From Camelus ferus (taxonomy: Eukaryota), in NCBI RefSeq assembly GCF_009834535.1, contig NC_045696.1, forward strand, positions 66,342,001 through 66,406,000: a stretch of 64,000 nucleotides of DNA. The letters are read 5' to 3'. The translations under genes were made by a program, and so were the position numbers. This document shows, in pieces, positions 1-11,995 of the stretch (position 1 is its first letter; each line of letters starts with the position of its first letter). A model generated the notes under the pieces. The model made no database searches. It saw only the letters and a program-made list of their open reading frames with translations, and was not told the DNA's origin.

Positions 1-3000
1 AATCCACAAGTTAAAAATCTAATTATGGACCTGGATACAGCTTCATTCTTTTTGTTTGCATACCTCAGCTCCAGTAATAATTAACTATATTGCAGTTTTC
101 TTTCTACATGAGCCACCTCCTGGCATTGACTATGAGCATGCCACTGGGATGTCCGTGAATGTGAAAACTCCATTAAAATGCCCTATATTGGTTTTCACAG
201 GATTATGAGGAAACTTATAAAAAATCATAGCAACCTTAATGTTTATTATTAGAATTACTAGAGAGTGATATTCAAAGCCCATAAATTACACGTTTCTAAT
301 AATCTGAGACGTGATGTTTTCTTTTAAATTCTCATTACTTTTAAATCTTCCTAGAGAAAAGATGAAGCTTTTTAAAAAAATTATTTCTCAATTAGTTCTT
401 ACTAGAAAGTTTTCAAAAAGCAATAAATAAACAGAAGTGCACAGCACATTGTCCTTGTAGTCCCAAATCAAAAATTTAAAGAGAAAGGAGTAGGACTTGG
501 GGATTTTCGACAAGTCAGTAAACTGTTTAAGAATTCGGCTGAAGTGATGTAAAGAAAGATCACAGAAATCAATACGTGGGTAGAAATGAAAATAGGAAAA
601 CAACAAAGTTAAAGTTGTCAACAAGTCAAAAGCAAATGAGTCTAAGTCTAGCCACAGTAATCCCTACTCATCATAGACATTTAATTATCTCTGAAAGTGT
701 GTAATGATGGTGTGAGAAACAGAGGCCAGATTACTAGGAGGATTTGTTGTGTGTAAGAGTCAGGCCCACACAAGGGAGTTCTAACAATAACTTTGTAATA
801 TTTTATATATGTTTGAGATTCTTTTAGTTTATTTTCTTCAGGTAAATATAACAGTGCCCCGCCCCAACCAGAAAAATCTTTAGAATAATGTTTATCTATT
901 GAACAACTACTGTGAACACGATCTGTGAGCCAGCCCACTTGTTAAGTGCTCTAGAAGTGTTAAGAAGAACTCAGTAAATATACAGAAACCCAGTTACCCC
1001 GAACAAAAGAGATTTTATGAGCTGACATGGAAAGGCAGGGAATCACAAAAGGCAAGGATAGATCTAGTCTTGGGAATATTCAAATACAAGATACTAAGCC
1101 CTTTAGGATTCCCCGTCTCGTCTCTCTACATCTCCTATCTATTGGCTTTACTCTCTAATGACAAAAACTCCATAAGATCTGACTCAGGGTTTCAGGCAGT
1201 TCTAGGCTTACATTATCTACAACCTTATAACAAAAGAGGACAAAATTCTTCCCTATAGGCATCATTTTTTAGAAAGTAGAAAGGGCTTGTATTGGCCAGT
1301 TTAGGTCATGTGCTATCCCAGTCTGTGATGATTTATTCACCCGTCTTGCCATCATGGGGACAAAAAAGATGGTGATGGTCAACAAAAAACACATAAAGAA
1401 TAGTTTCTCAAGAAAAAGGATGTGCTATTATCAGAGAGAAGGATGCCCACCACAAAGAGAAATGAGATATCGATTAAATGAAGTTCTTGGCCTCAAGACA
1501 TTCAGAATTTATCAACAAATGCAATAAAAACGAACTATAATACTGTGATATGAACGCTGTACCAAAGGTATGTGTGAAATACCTTAATGTACAAAGATAA
1601 GACAAATGACAAATTTTAGATGTACCAAAGATGACAGTCGTCTGAAAAGGATCCCCAAAGAGGTCCTACTTGAGCTGGGACTATGCTGATTCCATTTCAC
1701 AAAATCATTTATTCAACAAATATTATTTAACATTTACTACGGGCTTAGTAGTTTATTAGGAATTGAGGGGAAATTAAGATTAAGTTGGGGTCAAGGTCCT
1801 TTCCCAAGAACACACAACTTCTGTATACTTAGCTGGTGTCACATTTAGGTCTGTCTGACACCTGTTTCTGACTGACAGAATGAAGGATAGAAAATAGAGG
1901 AAAGAAAACTATGAAATAATTTAGCACAATCACGGCTGCTTAAAGCCAGTGATGTTCTCATTGGCTGGGAGGAGTTACTATGAGGAAAGCAAGAGAGTCC
2001 TAATAAACGCTAAAAGATGCTCACTGGGGGGTCCCAAACTCTTCTAAAAGAAACAATAACATTTCAAGGTCCTTTTGATGTCCTAGAATTATAGCTTTAG
2101 TTTACACTAATGAGCCACAGAGAGAAAAGAAAGAAAGAAAGCCATCACATTCAAATACCAGCAGTTTTCTGTACAACTTTCCCCAACCATAGCTAATTTG
2201 ATTTCTAATTACATGATTAGAAGTTAACCTGATTAGCTCTGTCTGAAATACGTAATTCAAACAGCACTTTGTTACAGAAAGTGGAATTTACAGCTGGGTT
2301 AAACATACCAAAATAGTGTCATAAATATTCCTAAAGCTGGAAATGACCTTGGATGATCATCTTGTTCAACCTTCTACTTTCATCTTTTTATTTAGATCTG
2401 TAGGGCAGATCTTCATAAAGATGATTCCAATCCTGTATCTAGCTTCTGAAATATTCCAGTATAATTAAACACAACATATTTATTGAGGATTTATGTGTTA
2501 TGCATAATATTGAGGAAAAAAAGGTAAATTGCCTCCATAATCCTTCAAAAAATTTGAATTATGTTTGACATTAGAAAGATACAATCTTGAACTCCCTTCC
2601 CCTTTTAAGTTTTATTAAGTTATTTTCCTTTTCTTTCAAACAAACTCACTCCTCCAGTTGCCCTCCAGTTTCAGTTTCAGTCAAATAATGTTGAGTAAAG
2701 CATGATCCAAATTGAAATCACTTTCAAATTAAGACCATTAATTACCTGTGTGCCCTCAACCTAAGCAAAATGTAGGATGTATGTAATTACTGGGATAATT
2801 TAAGCCAGGAAAAACATTTTGCTGCCCTTGCTAGACCTCTCTCTGACATTCTGATTTATACTGGGAGATGTTGGCCTGGTTTAACCTGAACACTCTCACG
2901 GTTTTTCCATAATCAAAAGAAAACTTAGTCCCCATTGCCCCTGAAAATACCAAGGCCAGGTTACTTCACCCTGGGATCAAACACCACCTTTCACTTTGGA

Positions 3001-3222
3001 TGGCTAATGGGTGAATAACCTTAGGTCTATGTGATTTCTTTGAATACTTATATTTGCATTAATTGTACATATAGTGTTTTTCTTGGTTATTATTTCAACT
3101 TCAATTTATTTTACACCTATTTTACCTTAGCAACAGATGGGCCTCAGCCCTGGACCTGTTAATGCACTTAATATTCTTCACTTAAAAATAAGTAAAAAAA
3201 ATCAGATTATGTAACTTCCAAA

Positions 3223-3278
<56 letters not shown>
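3223..3278. repeat. (CA)n microsatellite
   Basis: Uninterrupted ACAC run. Confidence 0.95.
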
Positions 3279-3281
<3 letters not shown>

Positions 3282-3299
3282 TCAAGGCTTCCTACGGAC

Positions 3300-5070
3300 G
3301 TTGGAATCTCAGCCTCATGCTTTACTACCCGTCCCCTCCCCTAGGTTCCCTATGTCCATCTACACTGGCCCTTTTTTCTGTTCCTCACTAAGTACCAGGG
3401 CATTTCTGCCTCTGGGCTTTTGTGCACTGAGCTCCATGAAGCCAGCTCCTCATATCAGGCAGGTCTCAGTTCAAATGCCATCCCGTCGGAGAAACCCTCA
3501 CACCATCCAAACTGAAGAAGGTACTCTCTACCAATCATTCATAGTCACATCCACCAAGTTTTATTGCCTACATAGAACTTTTCTCTATTTAAAACTGTGT
3601 TTTTTATTGTTAATGTTTAGCATCTATGTCCCCTATTAAGAACAGGATTTTTAGTATAACGGAGAAAAGACAGTCTCTTTCTAATAAGTGATGCTGGGAA
3701 AACTGAACAGCAATGTGTAAAACAATTAGATTAGAATACTCCCTTACATCATATATAAAAATAAACTCAAAATGATTTAAAGACCTAAAACTATAAAACT
3801 CCCAGGAAAGAACAGAGACAAAAACACTCTTTGACATAAATTACAGCAATATTTTCTTAGATCAAGCTCCTAAAGTAAAATAAATAAAAGCAAAAATAAA
3901 CAAATGGGACCTAAAAGCTTTTGCACAGCAAAGGAAACCATCAACAAAACTAAAAGACAACCCATGGAATGTGAGAAAATGTTTGCAAATGATGAAACTG
4001 ACAAGGAGTTAATATCCAAAATATACAAGCAGCTCATATACAACTTGATATTAAAGAAACAGAAGCCAATTAAAAAAATGGGCAGAAAACTTGAACAGAC
4101 ATTTTTCCATAGAAGACACATGGATGACTAAGATGAAAAGATGTTCAACATCACTATTAGGAAATGCAAATCAAAAACACGAGGTATCACCACACACCAG
4201 TCAGAATGAGTATCATCCAAAAATCTACAAATAACAAATGTTGGAAAGGATGTGGGAAAAAGGGAACCCTTGTACACTGTTGGTGGGAATGTAAATTTGT
4301 GCAGCCACTATATAAAACAGTATGGAGGTTCCTAAAAAAACTAAAAATAGAACTACCGGATGATCTAGTAATTCCACTCCTGGGTATTTATGTAGGAAAA
4401 AATAAGAACACTAATTCGAAAAGCAACATGTACTCAAATGTTCATAGCCGCACTATTTACAATAGCCAAGACATATGATAGCCCAAGTGCCTTTAACAGA
4501 CAATTGGATTAAGATCGGATTAAGAATATGTGATATATATACATACATACAATGAAATATTACTCTTTCATAAAAATGAATGGAATACTGCCATTTACAG
4601 CAACATGGATGGACCTAGAGAATATTATGCTTAGTAAAATAAGTCAGACAAGACAAATACTATATGATACCATATGTGTGGAATCTAAAAAAATGAATGT
4701 ATACGCAAAACAGAAAGAGACCCAGTACTGTATGGAAAACAACACTGTGGTTACCAAAGGGGAGGGGAAAAGGGAGGAGAGACAAATTAGGTGTATGGGA
4801 TTAGTGTATACAAATTACTACATATAAAATAGATAAGCAATGAGCATATATTGTATAGCACAGGAAATTACACTCATTACCTTGTAATAACCTATAATGG
4901 AGAATAGTCTTCGGAAGTACTGAATCACAATGCTGTATACCTGAAACTAACATAATATTATAAATCAACTATACTTCAACTTAAAAAATGGCATTTATTA
5001 TGGGAGCAGGAAATTTGCCTCTCTTTTTATAGCTATGTCCGTAGTAGGCATTCATAAATAAATTATGAAT
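3300..5070 (+). mobile_element. L2 3'-end fragment split by an L1 insertion
   Basis: L2-like text at 3360-3640 (tctcagttcaaatgcca...ctatgtcccctattaagaa) resumes after the L1 at ~4990-5070 (gggagcaggaa...gtagtaggcattcataaata). Confidence 0.55.
3660..4988 (+). mobile_element. 5'-truncated LINE-1 (ORF2 C-terminus + 3'UTR), degraded
   Basis: ORF2 peptides [37 protein letters not shown] and TATWMDLENIMLS in broken frames; typical 3' end ataaatcaactatacttcaa plus A tail. Confidence 0.95.
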
Positions 5071-5548
5071 TCCTAATTCAGTTTTCTGATGGTCCAGCCC
5101 AAACCTTTCTTTTGAGTGCTACACTATCCTATCCATTTCCAATTAGATGTTCCACTGGGTGCCCCAAACTCAACATTGACAATCAAGAATGTATCCCCTT
5201 TCTCTCCTAAGCTGCTGTTTGGCCAGTGTTCTTTATTGCTATAAATGGTAGAACCTCCACCAGTTGCTCCGGTTAGAAACCTGGAAGTTTTTCTTGATTC
5301 CTCTCTCTCATTTATGCTTCACATCAAAATTATTAACAAAAGTTATCCATTTTTCTTTCTAAATTCATCAGAACCAGCCACATTTTCCATCCCCACTGCC
5401 ACCACCATCATTGCTGTGCAATGGTTTCCTAACTGGTCTCCTGGCCAACCCACCTTGACCACATATTAGTTTTGTAAACTTAGACATATTTCTTAACTTC
5501 ACAATGCCACGGTTCACCTCCCTACTTGGGTTAACCTCTTAAGGTTAT

Positions 5549-6054
5549 TGTGGTAGGTTAGTCTCCCCTCAGAATTCATGTCTATCTACAACCTTAGAAT
5601 GTGATCATTTGGAAAAATTCTTCACAGATGTAATCAAGTTAAAATTTAGCTAGACTGGATTAACATGAACCTTAAGCCAATGACTGGAATCCTTATAAGA
5701 AGAGGGAAGTTTGGACACAGAGGAACAGACAGAGGAAAGAAAATGTGAGACTTGGGGCAGAATGCCACATAAAAACAAAGACAGAGATTGGAATGGTGAA
5801 TCCATAAGTCAAGAAATGCCAGGGATTGCTGACAAGCACCAGAAGTTAGAAGAAACAAGGAAGAATTCTCCCCCAGAGCCTTCAGAGAGAACATGGCATT
5901 GCAGATATCTTGAGTTCAGATTTCTGGCCTCCAGAACTGTAAACAAAACAAAACAAAACAAAACAAAACAAAACAAAAAACTTCCGTTATTCTAAGCCAC
6001 CCAGTTCCCTGCAAATTGTTGCAGCAGTCCTAGGAGCCCCAGAAAGCTAACACA
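5549..6054 (+). mobile_element. MaLR solo LTR (MLT1B/C-like) inserted into a MIR
   Basis: TGTGGTAGG...CTAACACA termini; MLT1 motifs (ccttataagaagagg, gagccttcagagag, ttctggcctccagaactgt); 5-bp TSD GTTAT/GTCAT; MIR sequence continues on both sides. Confidence 0.85.
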
Positions 6055-8554
6055 GTCATCATGAGGATTACGTAGGACAGCTTACGTAAAGAATTTATAG
6101 CTGCGCCTATAGTTAGCATGTCATAAAACTTAGATATGATTTTACTTTCGTTATCATTATGAAATTATCCAGACTGAAATTCTTAAAATGTAAGTTGATA
6201 AGGGCATATTTCCTACTTAAAACTTTTCAGAGGCTTTCTCTTGCCCGCAGGAGAGAGAATAAACCTTGTTAGCTCAAAATGCCCTGAACAAAATCTGACC
6301 ACACAACCACCTCTGGATACTTCTTTCTTCTTCATTCTAGCTTCTCCAGCTCTATGATCTTACTTCAAATCCTTGTGCTCTTTCTCCCCTCCCCAGGCAT
6401 TCTAACATGCTGTTCCCCGTGTCTGGAGTTTTTTCTCCTTTCCTTTCTCTTCCTTTAGGTCTCTGGGTGAAGTCTTCTAATGGAAACTTTCCTGACGAGG
6501 AGACACCCCTCTATCTTGCATCTCTTAGTACTTTCTACTTTTCTCTTCTGCTGTTTCATCATACTTGTGAATGTCCATTTTTATCCCTAGTTATCCTGTA
6601 AGCTCTAAAAGGACTGGTCATAATTGTTGTGGTCTTTGCATTTAGCTGGCACCTGGCATATAGTTACTAGTAACTCAATAAATAGAAGTGACATAAATAA
6701 ATGAGTAAGTGCCATAAATACAGTAATAAATATACAATCATGACCCATAAAAGGAGAACAGATGGGTAGGTTCTCAGGCCATCTAAGACGAACTACAAGT
6801 CATAGAATTTTACGGATAAGAAGTTTCTAAGGTGTATTTATTTTAGCCTCTTCCTGTATTTTATGAATGAGTAACTGGAAGCTGAGTGAGGTAAAGTGCT
6901 TGCCTAAAGCTGAACAACCATTGATGGCAAAACTGGAACCAGAATTCCTTTTTCCTTTCCAGAAAGTTCTTCCATAGCAGTATGCTGCTTACACTAAAGA
7001 GAAATGGAGCTGGGACCTTTAAAAAAATAAATGAATAAAAGATGATGCAGCTGAAGGAATGAGCCTGGGAAAAACACTAGACTTGTTTACAGAGGACTGA
7101 AACCACAGCAATGAGATGAGAGTATGTTCAGATGATTCCAGGACTGCCAAATGGGATGATTCAAAACTGATAGGAAGTAACTCAAATTCCTTAAGTGCAA
7201 TGAGAGAATGTGTAACTAAGGGAGGATAAATTAAATTCCTGAAGTGCAGTGAGTGTGTGATTTGAGGAGGAGAAGAAGAGAAATTCCCCACGTTGAGATA
7301 TAACAGAGAAGAAAAAGAGAATTTATGAAAGTCCCATTATCTAATAGTATCCATCCACGCCAAGGTCCTGAGTGCCTACCTGCCCCTCTGAGCTCCTGCC
7401 AGCTCTCTGTCTCCTTGGATGCCATCAAGGTTGATAAGATGAGAAGAACCAGGAACTAACAATGCAATTTACCACAGATAACACAGCAGCCCGGTGTGTG
7501 CCAGGGCAGGGACGGGTGTCTTTAGTCAGATCCCTTTCTACTCTAACTTCACAAATTCCAGTGCCAACACTAGTGTTAGGTTAACTCCTTCTCTAGGCCA
7601 GAATTTTGCCTATTTTTCCTATACTTTTCTCTGAGTAAAAGCCCAGTCTTCTTATTCACTCTACTTAAACTTCTGGGTAAATAGAATTATATCTCCTTAA
7701 TCAACCAATCTGGAAAACTCACAGTTACCTGACCCTCCTCTGCCAGTATCCAATCAGTTCCTAAATACCAACCAAATTCCTACCATGGACAAAAAGGTTT
7801 TTTTTTAGAGCTTGGCCTCGGTGAACTTTTACAACCTTTTCTCCAGACATTTATCCTCATGTACCCTATACTCTGGCCATACCATTCTCTGAAATCTTTA
7901 GGTATTTTTTTACACTTTCACACGTTATTCATTACCAGAGGAGCAATGGATAACTTAATCACTTGATTCTGAAGGTTTTGCCAAAATAAAAATGGAGACT
8001 AAATTATATATTCATTTATAATTTTAATGTGTTATATAAATTTAATATTTTTGCATATATATTTTATATGATATAAAGTATACAGCATGTATAATTATGA
8101 AGTCTATATACATAGCATATATATTATTCATTACTCCACTATACTCATGAAAATTTAGAGTTAGCGATTTATATGTATATTAAACCTATCTAATTCTAAT
8201 GATGCTTTAAATAATATTTAGTAGCCATTTCTTTGTAATTCTTTTAATAGTAATAGTGAATATGGTTAAGATAATTAAACATTGTCCTTGGGAGAGGAAT
8301 GTCTAAAAATCCACAAATGGGTTTTTTTGGGGAATTTAAGAAATTAATCAGGGATAGTTTAGTAATGTAACCATTACTTTAAAGACATATGTTTAGTTAA
8401 AGAAATCAGGTAATTCTGTACTTTATAACCTTAGAGTGATGGCTATTCTTTATTATGTGCTTTCACAGTCTTTTGCTTACAACTCTAGTATAACATTTAC
8501 TTTGTCTTACCTTTTATAATAACTATCAAAATAGGAATGATTCTCCACTAAGAC

Positions 8555-8862
8555 TGTAGTAGTGAATAACCTTTGTTTTGTTGGAGGTTTCCAGGGACAC
8601 CATGACCTGGCCTACGGGGATGGCTGCAAGAAAAAAGAATGCCTGCAGCAAGATTACAATTCAACCACACCCCCTCCCTTATTTTTTGTGTAAAAGGAGC
8701 CTGTATTCTGACTAGAGCAGGATGGTTCTCCAAGACATTAGTCTGCCAGCCTCTCGGTCTGCTGGCTTTCTGAATAAAGTCACTATTCCTTGCCCCAACA
8801 CCTCGTCTTCCGATTTATTGGCCTCTTGTGCGGCGAGCAGAACGAGTTTGGGCTCGGCAAAA
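8555..8862 (+). mobile_element. ERV1-class solo LTR (MER34/MER39-like 3' end)
   Basis: TG start; AATAAA followed by ttccttgccccaacacctcgtc...gcggcgagcag...ctcggcaaaa; exact 4-bp TSD AGAC (8551-8554 and 8863-8866). Confidence 0.8.
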
Positions 8863-11800
8863 AGACCACAGGTTCCTAGAGGGTAAGAGTAAATGTATTT
8901 GATGAAGTAACACAACCGTTGTTTAATGAAGACACCATATGTGATTTTAGCTCTCTCAGGAAGTTAGGACATTTCAATCCTTAAACCAATTTTACTGCCT
9001 ACCTATTTCTCAAATTTCCCCCGCAAAGTGCTATCTTCATGGATATTGAAGTTTAAATTTTTTCAATTATTTTCCAGATTATTGCAATAGCCTATTAAAT
9101 AACCTTTCTGCAGTCAGATTTGCTTGCCTTAAAATCTCTGCTCTACACTGCTGCCAAATTGATCTTTCTAAACATTAATCTGATCGGGTCATTCCTTGCT
9201 TGTCCCTACCCTATTATATTAGTCAGGACTGTGGCAGGAAATCAATGTCACACACAAATGGGGTAATGGAGAAGAGTTAAATGAAGGGGCTGTTTTCAAA
9301 GATGTGAGCAAGATTAGAGGAATGGTAAAGACCTCAGGACTCTCGACTGGAGAAAGCCACTACCACAAGGCACCCTAAAAGGGAAAGGGGCAGGAGCTTT
9401 ACCAAAATCAGGCAGAAGCACGGTAGCTATAAGAAGCGAGTGCCAGATGAGACTGTGGTCCTAGGTGGGGGAACACAGCCATTGCCACGCCCAGCTGATT
9501 CAGATCGGGTAACCCAGAAGTAGAGCATAAGACAGGTAATCTTGTGCAAGCGACCTACGAATAAATACTCAGCCAACACCTGTGAGGGAGCAATGAGAGT
9601 GAGAAAAGGCGAAGGATGAAGTTAGGCAAAAATGTGATTTCAGGAGAGGTTTAAGCTCAATCTAGCCCCATAGAACACTCTGGAACATAGATTGCACCTA
9701 AACGTTTTCCTGCCCAGAAAAAGGAGGACTGTACTATCTAATCTGTACACTAGTTAGTCATTGGCAGCTTCCTGACCCCTGGGGGAGGAGACAGTTTAAC
9801 TTCTTAGAAATCTCTGGGTGTGACAGCTTCAAACAGCTGGGGGCAATCCTCCAGAGAAGCACGTCAGCTTGAGCAGTTAGCAGCCAAGACCTGCAGCCAC
9901 TGCGGGGTGGGTGCACCCACCCAGCCTAAGCTCTACCCATCTGTTCTCAGCTTCTTCTGCTCTTGGGTTGGTCTACACTTCTGGAAAAAACTTGTAAGGG
10001 GAGCATTATTAGGATGAATTACAGCCTTCTTTGCTGCAGCTGGTTTTAAATTTGTAAATGATACTCATCATCTCCTTCTCCCACCCTTCTAAATTCCTCT
10101 TATTCTCCCCTAGAACTTTAGTTGGTCTCTGTGGTGTCTTTGATGAGATGATTCAAACTCTCATGGCTGAGAGGTTTGATACCCTTGTTCCCATACCCTT
10201 GCCAGGCAGCGATGGCTGTACTTGTTCAGTGACGGTTAAGTTAGGCATGGAAGTGCCACAAGATATCCTGTAGTTCAGCTAAGTACCAAACATATTCTTC
10301 CGTGCCCCTATTAAGTGACAGCAACCCTTGGGGACCATCAGGTTAAAATGCCCTAGTGTACACAATTGTGCCAGTATGGCAACTCCTTTCTTTGCTTGCT
10401 GGTCTTTTTGAAGAATTCTATGTGATCAGCTGTCAGCCATGGCTTAAGTTCTGTGGGACTTTTGCAATGTCTCTGAGTAGAAGTATCTCTGCTCCAGGAA
10501 ATAGGACCTCTAGGTCCACAGGGTCTAAAGCTGAGAAAACAGGAAACAGATTCTCTCAGTTGGGTCCTGGAGTGATCATATAATAGAGCCACTCCTTCCT
10601 CCATCTCTTGGTTTCTGAACTCATTTTCTACCTATTTGAAACACAGCACCATACATGGCCATTGGTTTAGAATAAAGGTATTGCTTCCTGAAGGATAGTG
10701 TCCCCATTTACAGGGTCTCATCTCCAAACCGGTTTTGCATACGTGCCTTGAATGGGTGTTTCCATGCTCTATGCAGGTCAGCAGCCACCAAATGGCTCAC
10801 TAGTTGGTAACACCAGAGGATTTACTTGTTGTGTTCCCACCGCCATGCTTCTTTTACCATTAAAAGGGTCTCTGGGTCTGAGGTGATATTATGTGGGATC
10901 CCAGTCTATAGATCACTCAGTAATTCTTTACATGACATGCTGAGATAGTGCTGATAAAAAGGTAAACACACACATGGAATATGTTTCACTGTACTCAGGA
11001 CAAAGAATTGCCCTTCTCAGGATAAGAGGGGCTCAGTGTTATTAACTTACTATCAAATGTTTGGTTGGTTTCCTCAAAACATGTTATCATATCAGGGGTT
11101 CAGTATCAAGACTTTGATTCTCGATAGGTTGGACATTTAGCTGGGGCGTTATCTAGATCAACATCAGTGAGAAGTGAGCCCATGCCACTGGGTCCATAGA
11201 TAGTCTCCCTCTCTGTTACCATGGACACTCCATTTATGAGTCTATTTGGCAAGCACAGAGGTTGGTTTATAGTCTGTTGCACCAATCATCCTCCATACCT
11301 GATTGTTTTGTGTCTCTTTGACAGTGGATGCCCTCTGATGGGTGTTAACATATGATAGTAAATTCCTCTCACTTTGTGTCCATTCCCACATGTCCATCCA
11401 CATTCTTCTTCCTTGGACCTCTTTCCTCCTAACATGCCCCCAACCAATTAGCCAAGCCTTCCACCATCGTCCGTGCATTTGTGTTTATCTTTATTTTGAA
11501 CCACATATCTCTCAACAAAATTGGATGATGAATAATGCTGACCAAAGCACCCTCTACTATTCAAATTTTCTCATCACTACTGTCTTTCAAGGTTGCCTCT
11601 GAGTGAGGCTGTTTTGTAACAGCAGCCCATTTGGGGCCCAAACTAAAACACCAAGATGAACCATCCATGGACCAATTCTGGGTTGTTTTCTTCTTCTACT
11701 AAACTGATCACAAGGAATCATCCAATGAGGCCACAACTGTGAGCTATGTGGGTGGTATGTTTTGAGACTGCTGGGTAACATGGAAGTCTGAGGTACTTGT

Positions 11801-11995
11801 TTATCCAGCTTACTTATGCCCTTTGGACCTACTTAAGGTGACATTTAAAAATATAACCCTTCCATTTTTATAAGTAATTGCTGCTGAGGCTGCTAAAGTT
11901 CTGATTTGGTGAGTCTGACAGCTACCAACTCACAATGAGCAGCTCTGGTGTTACAGTTGTTTGATGTCCCTTGGCCAGATATTTACTCTCCTTGC

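Noticed and set aside
10727..10734. Perfect AACCGGTT GRHL motif inside the ERVL
   Set aside because: Isolated 8-mer in repeat DNA with no clustering; about one chance hit is plausible in 64 kb.
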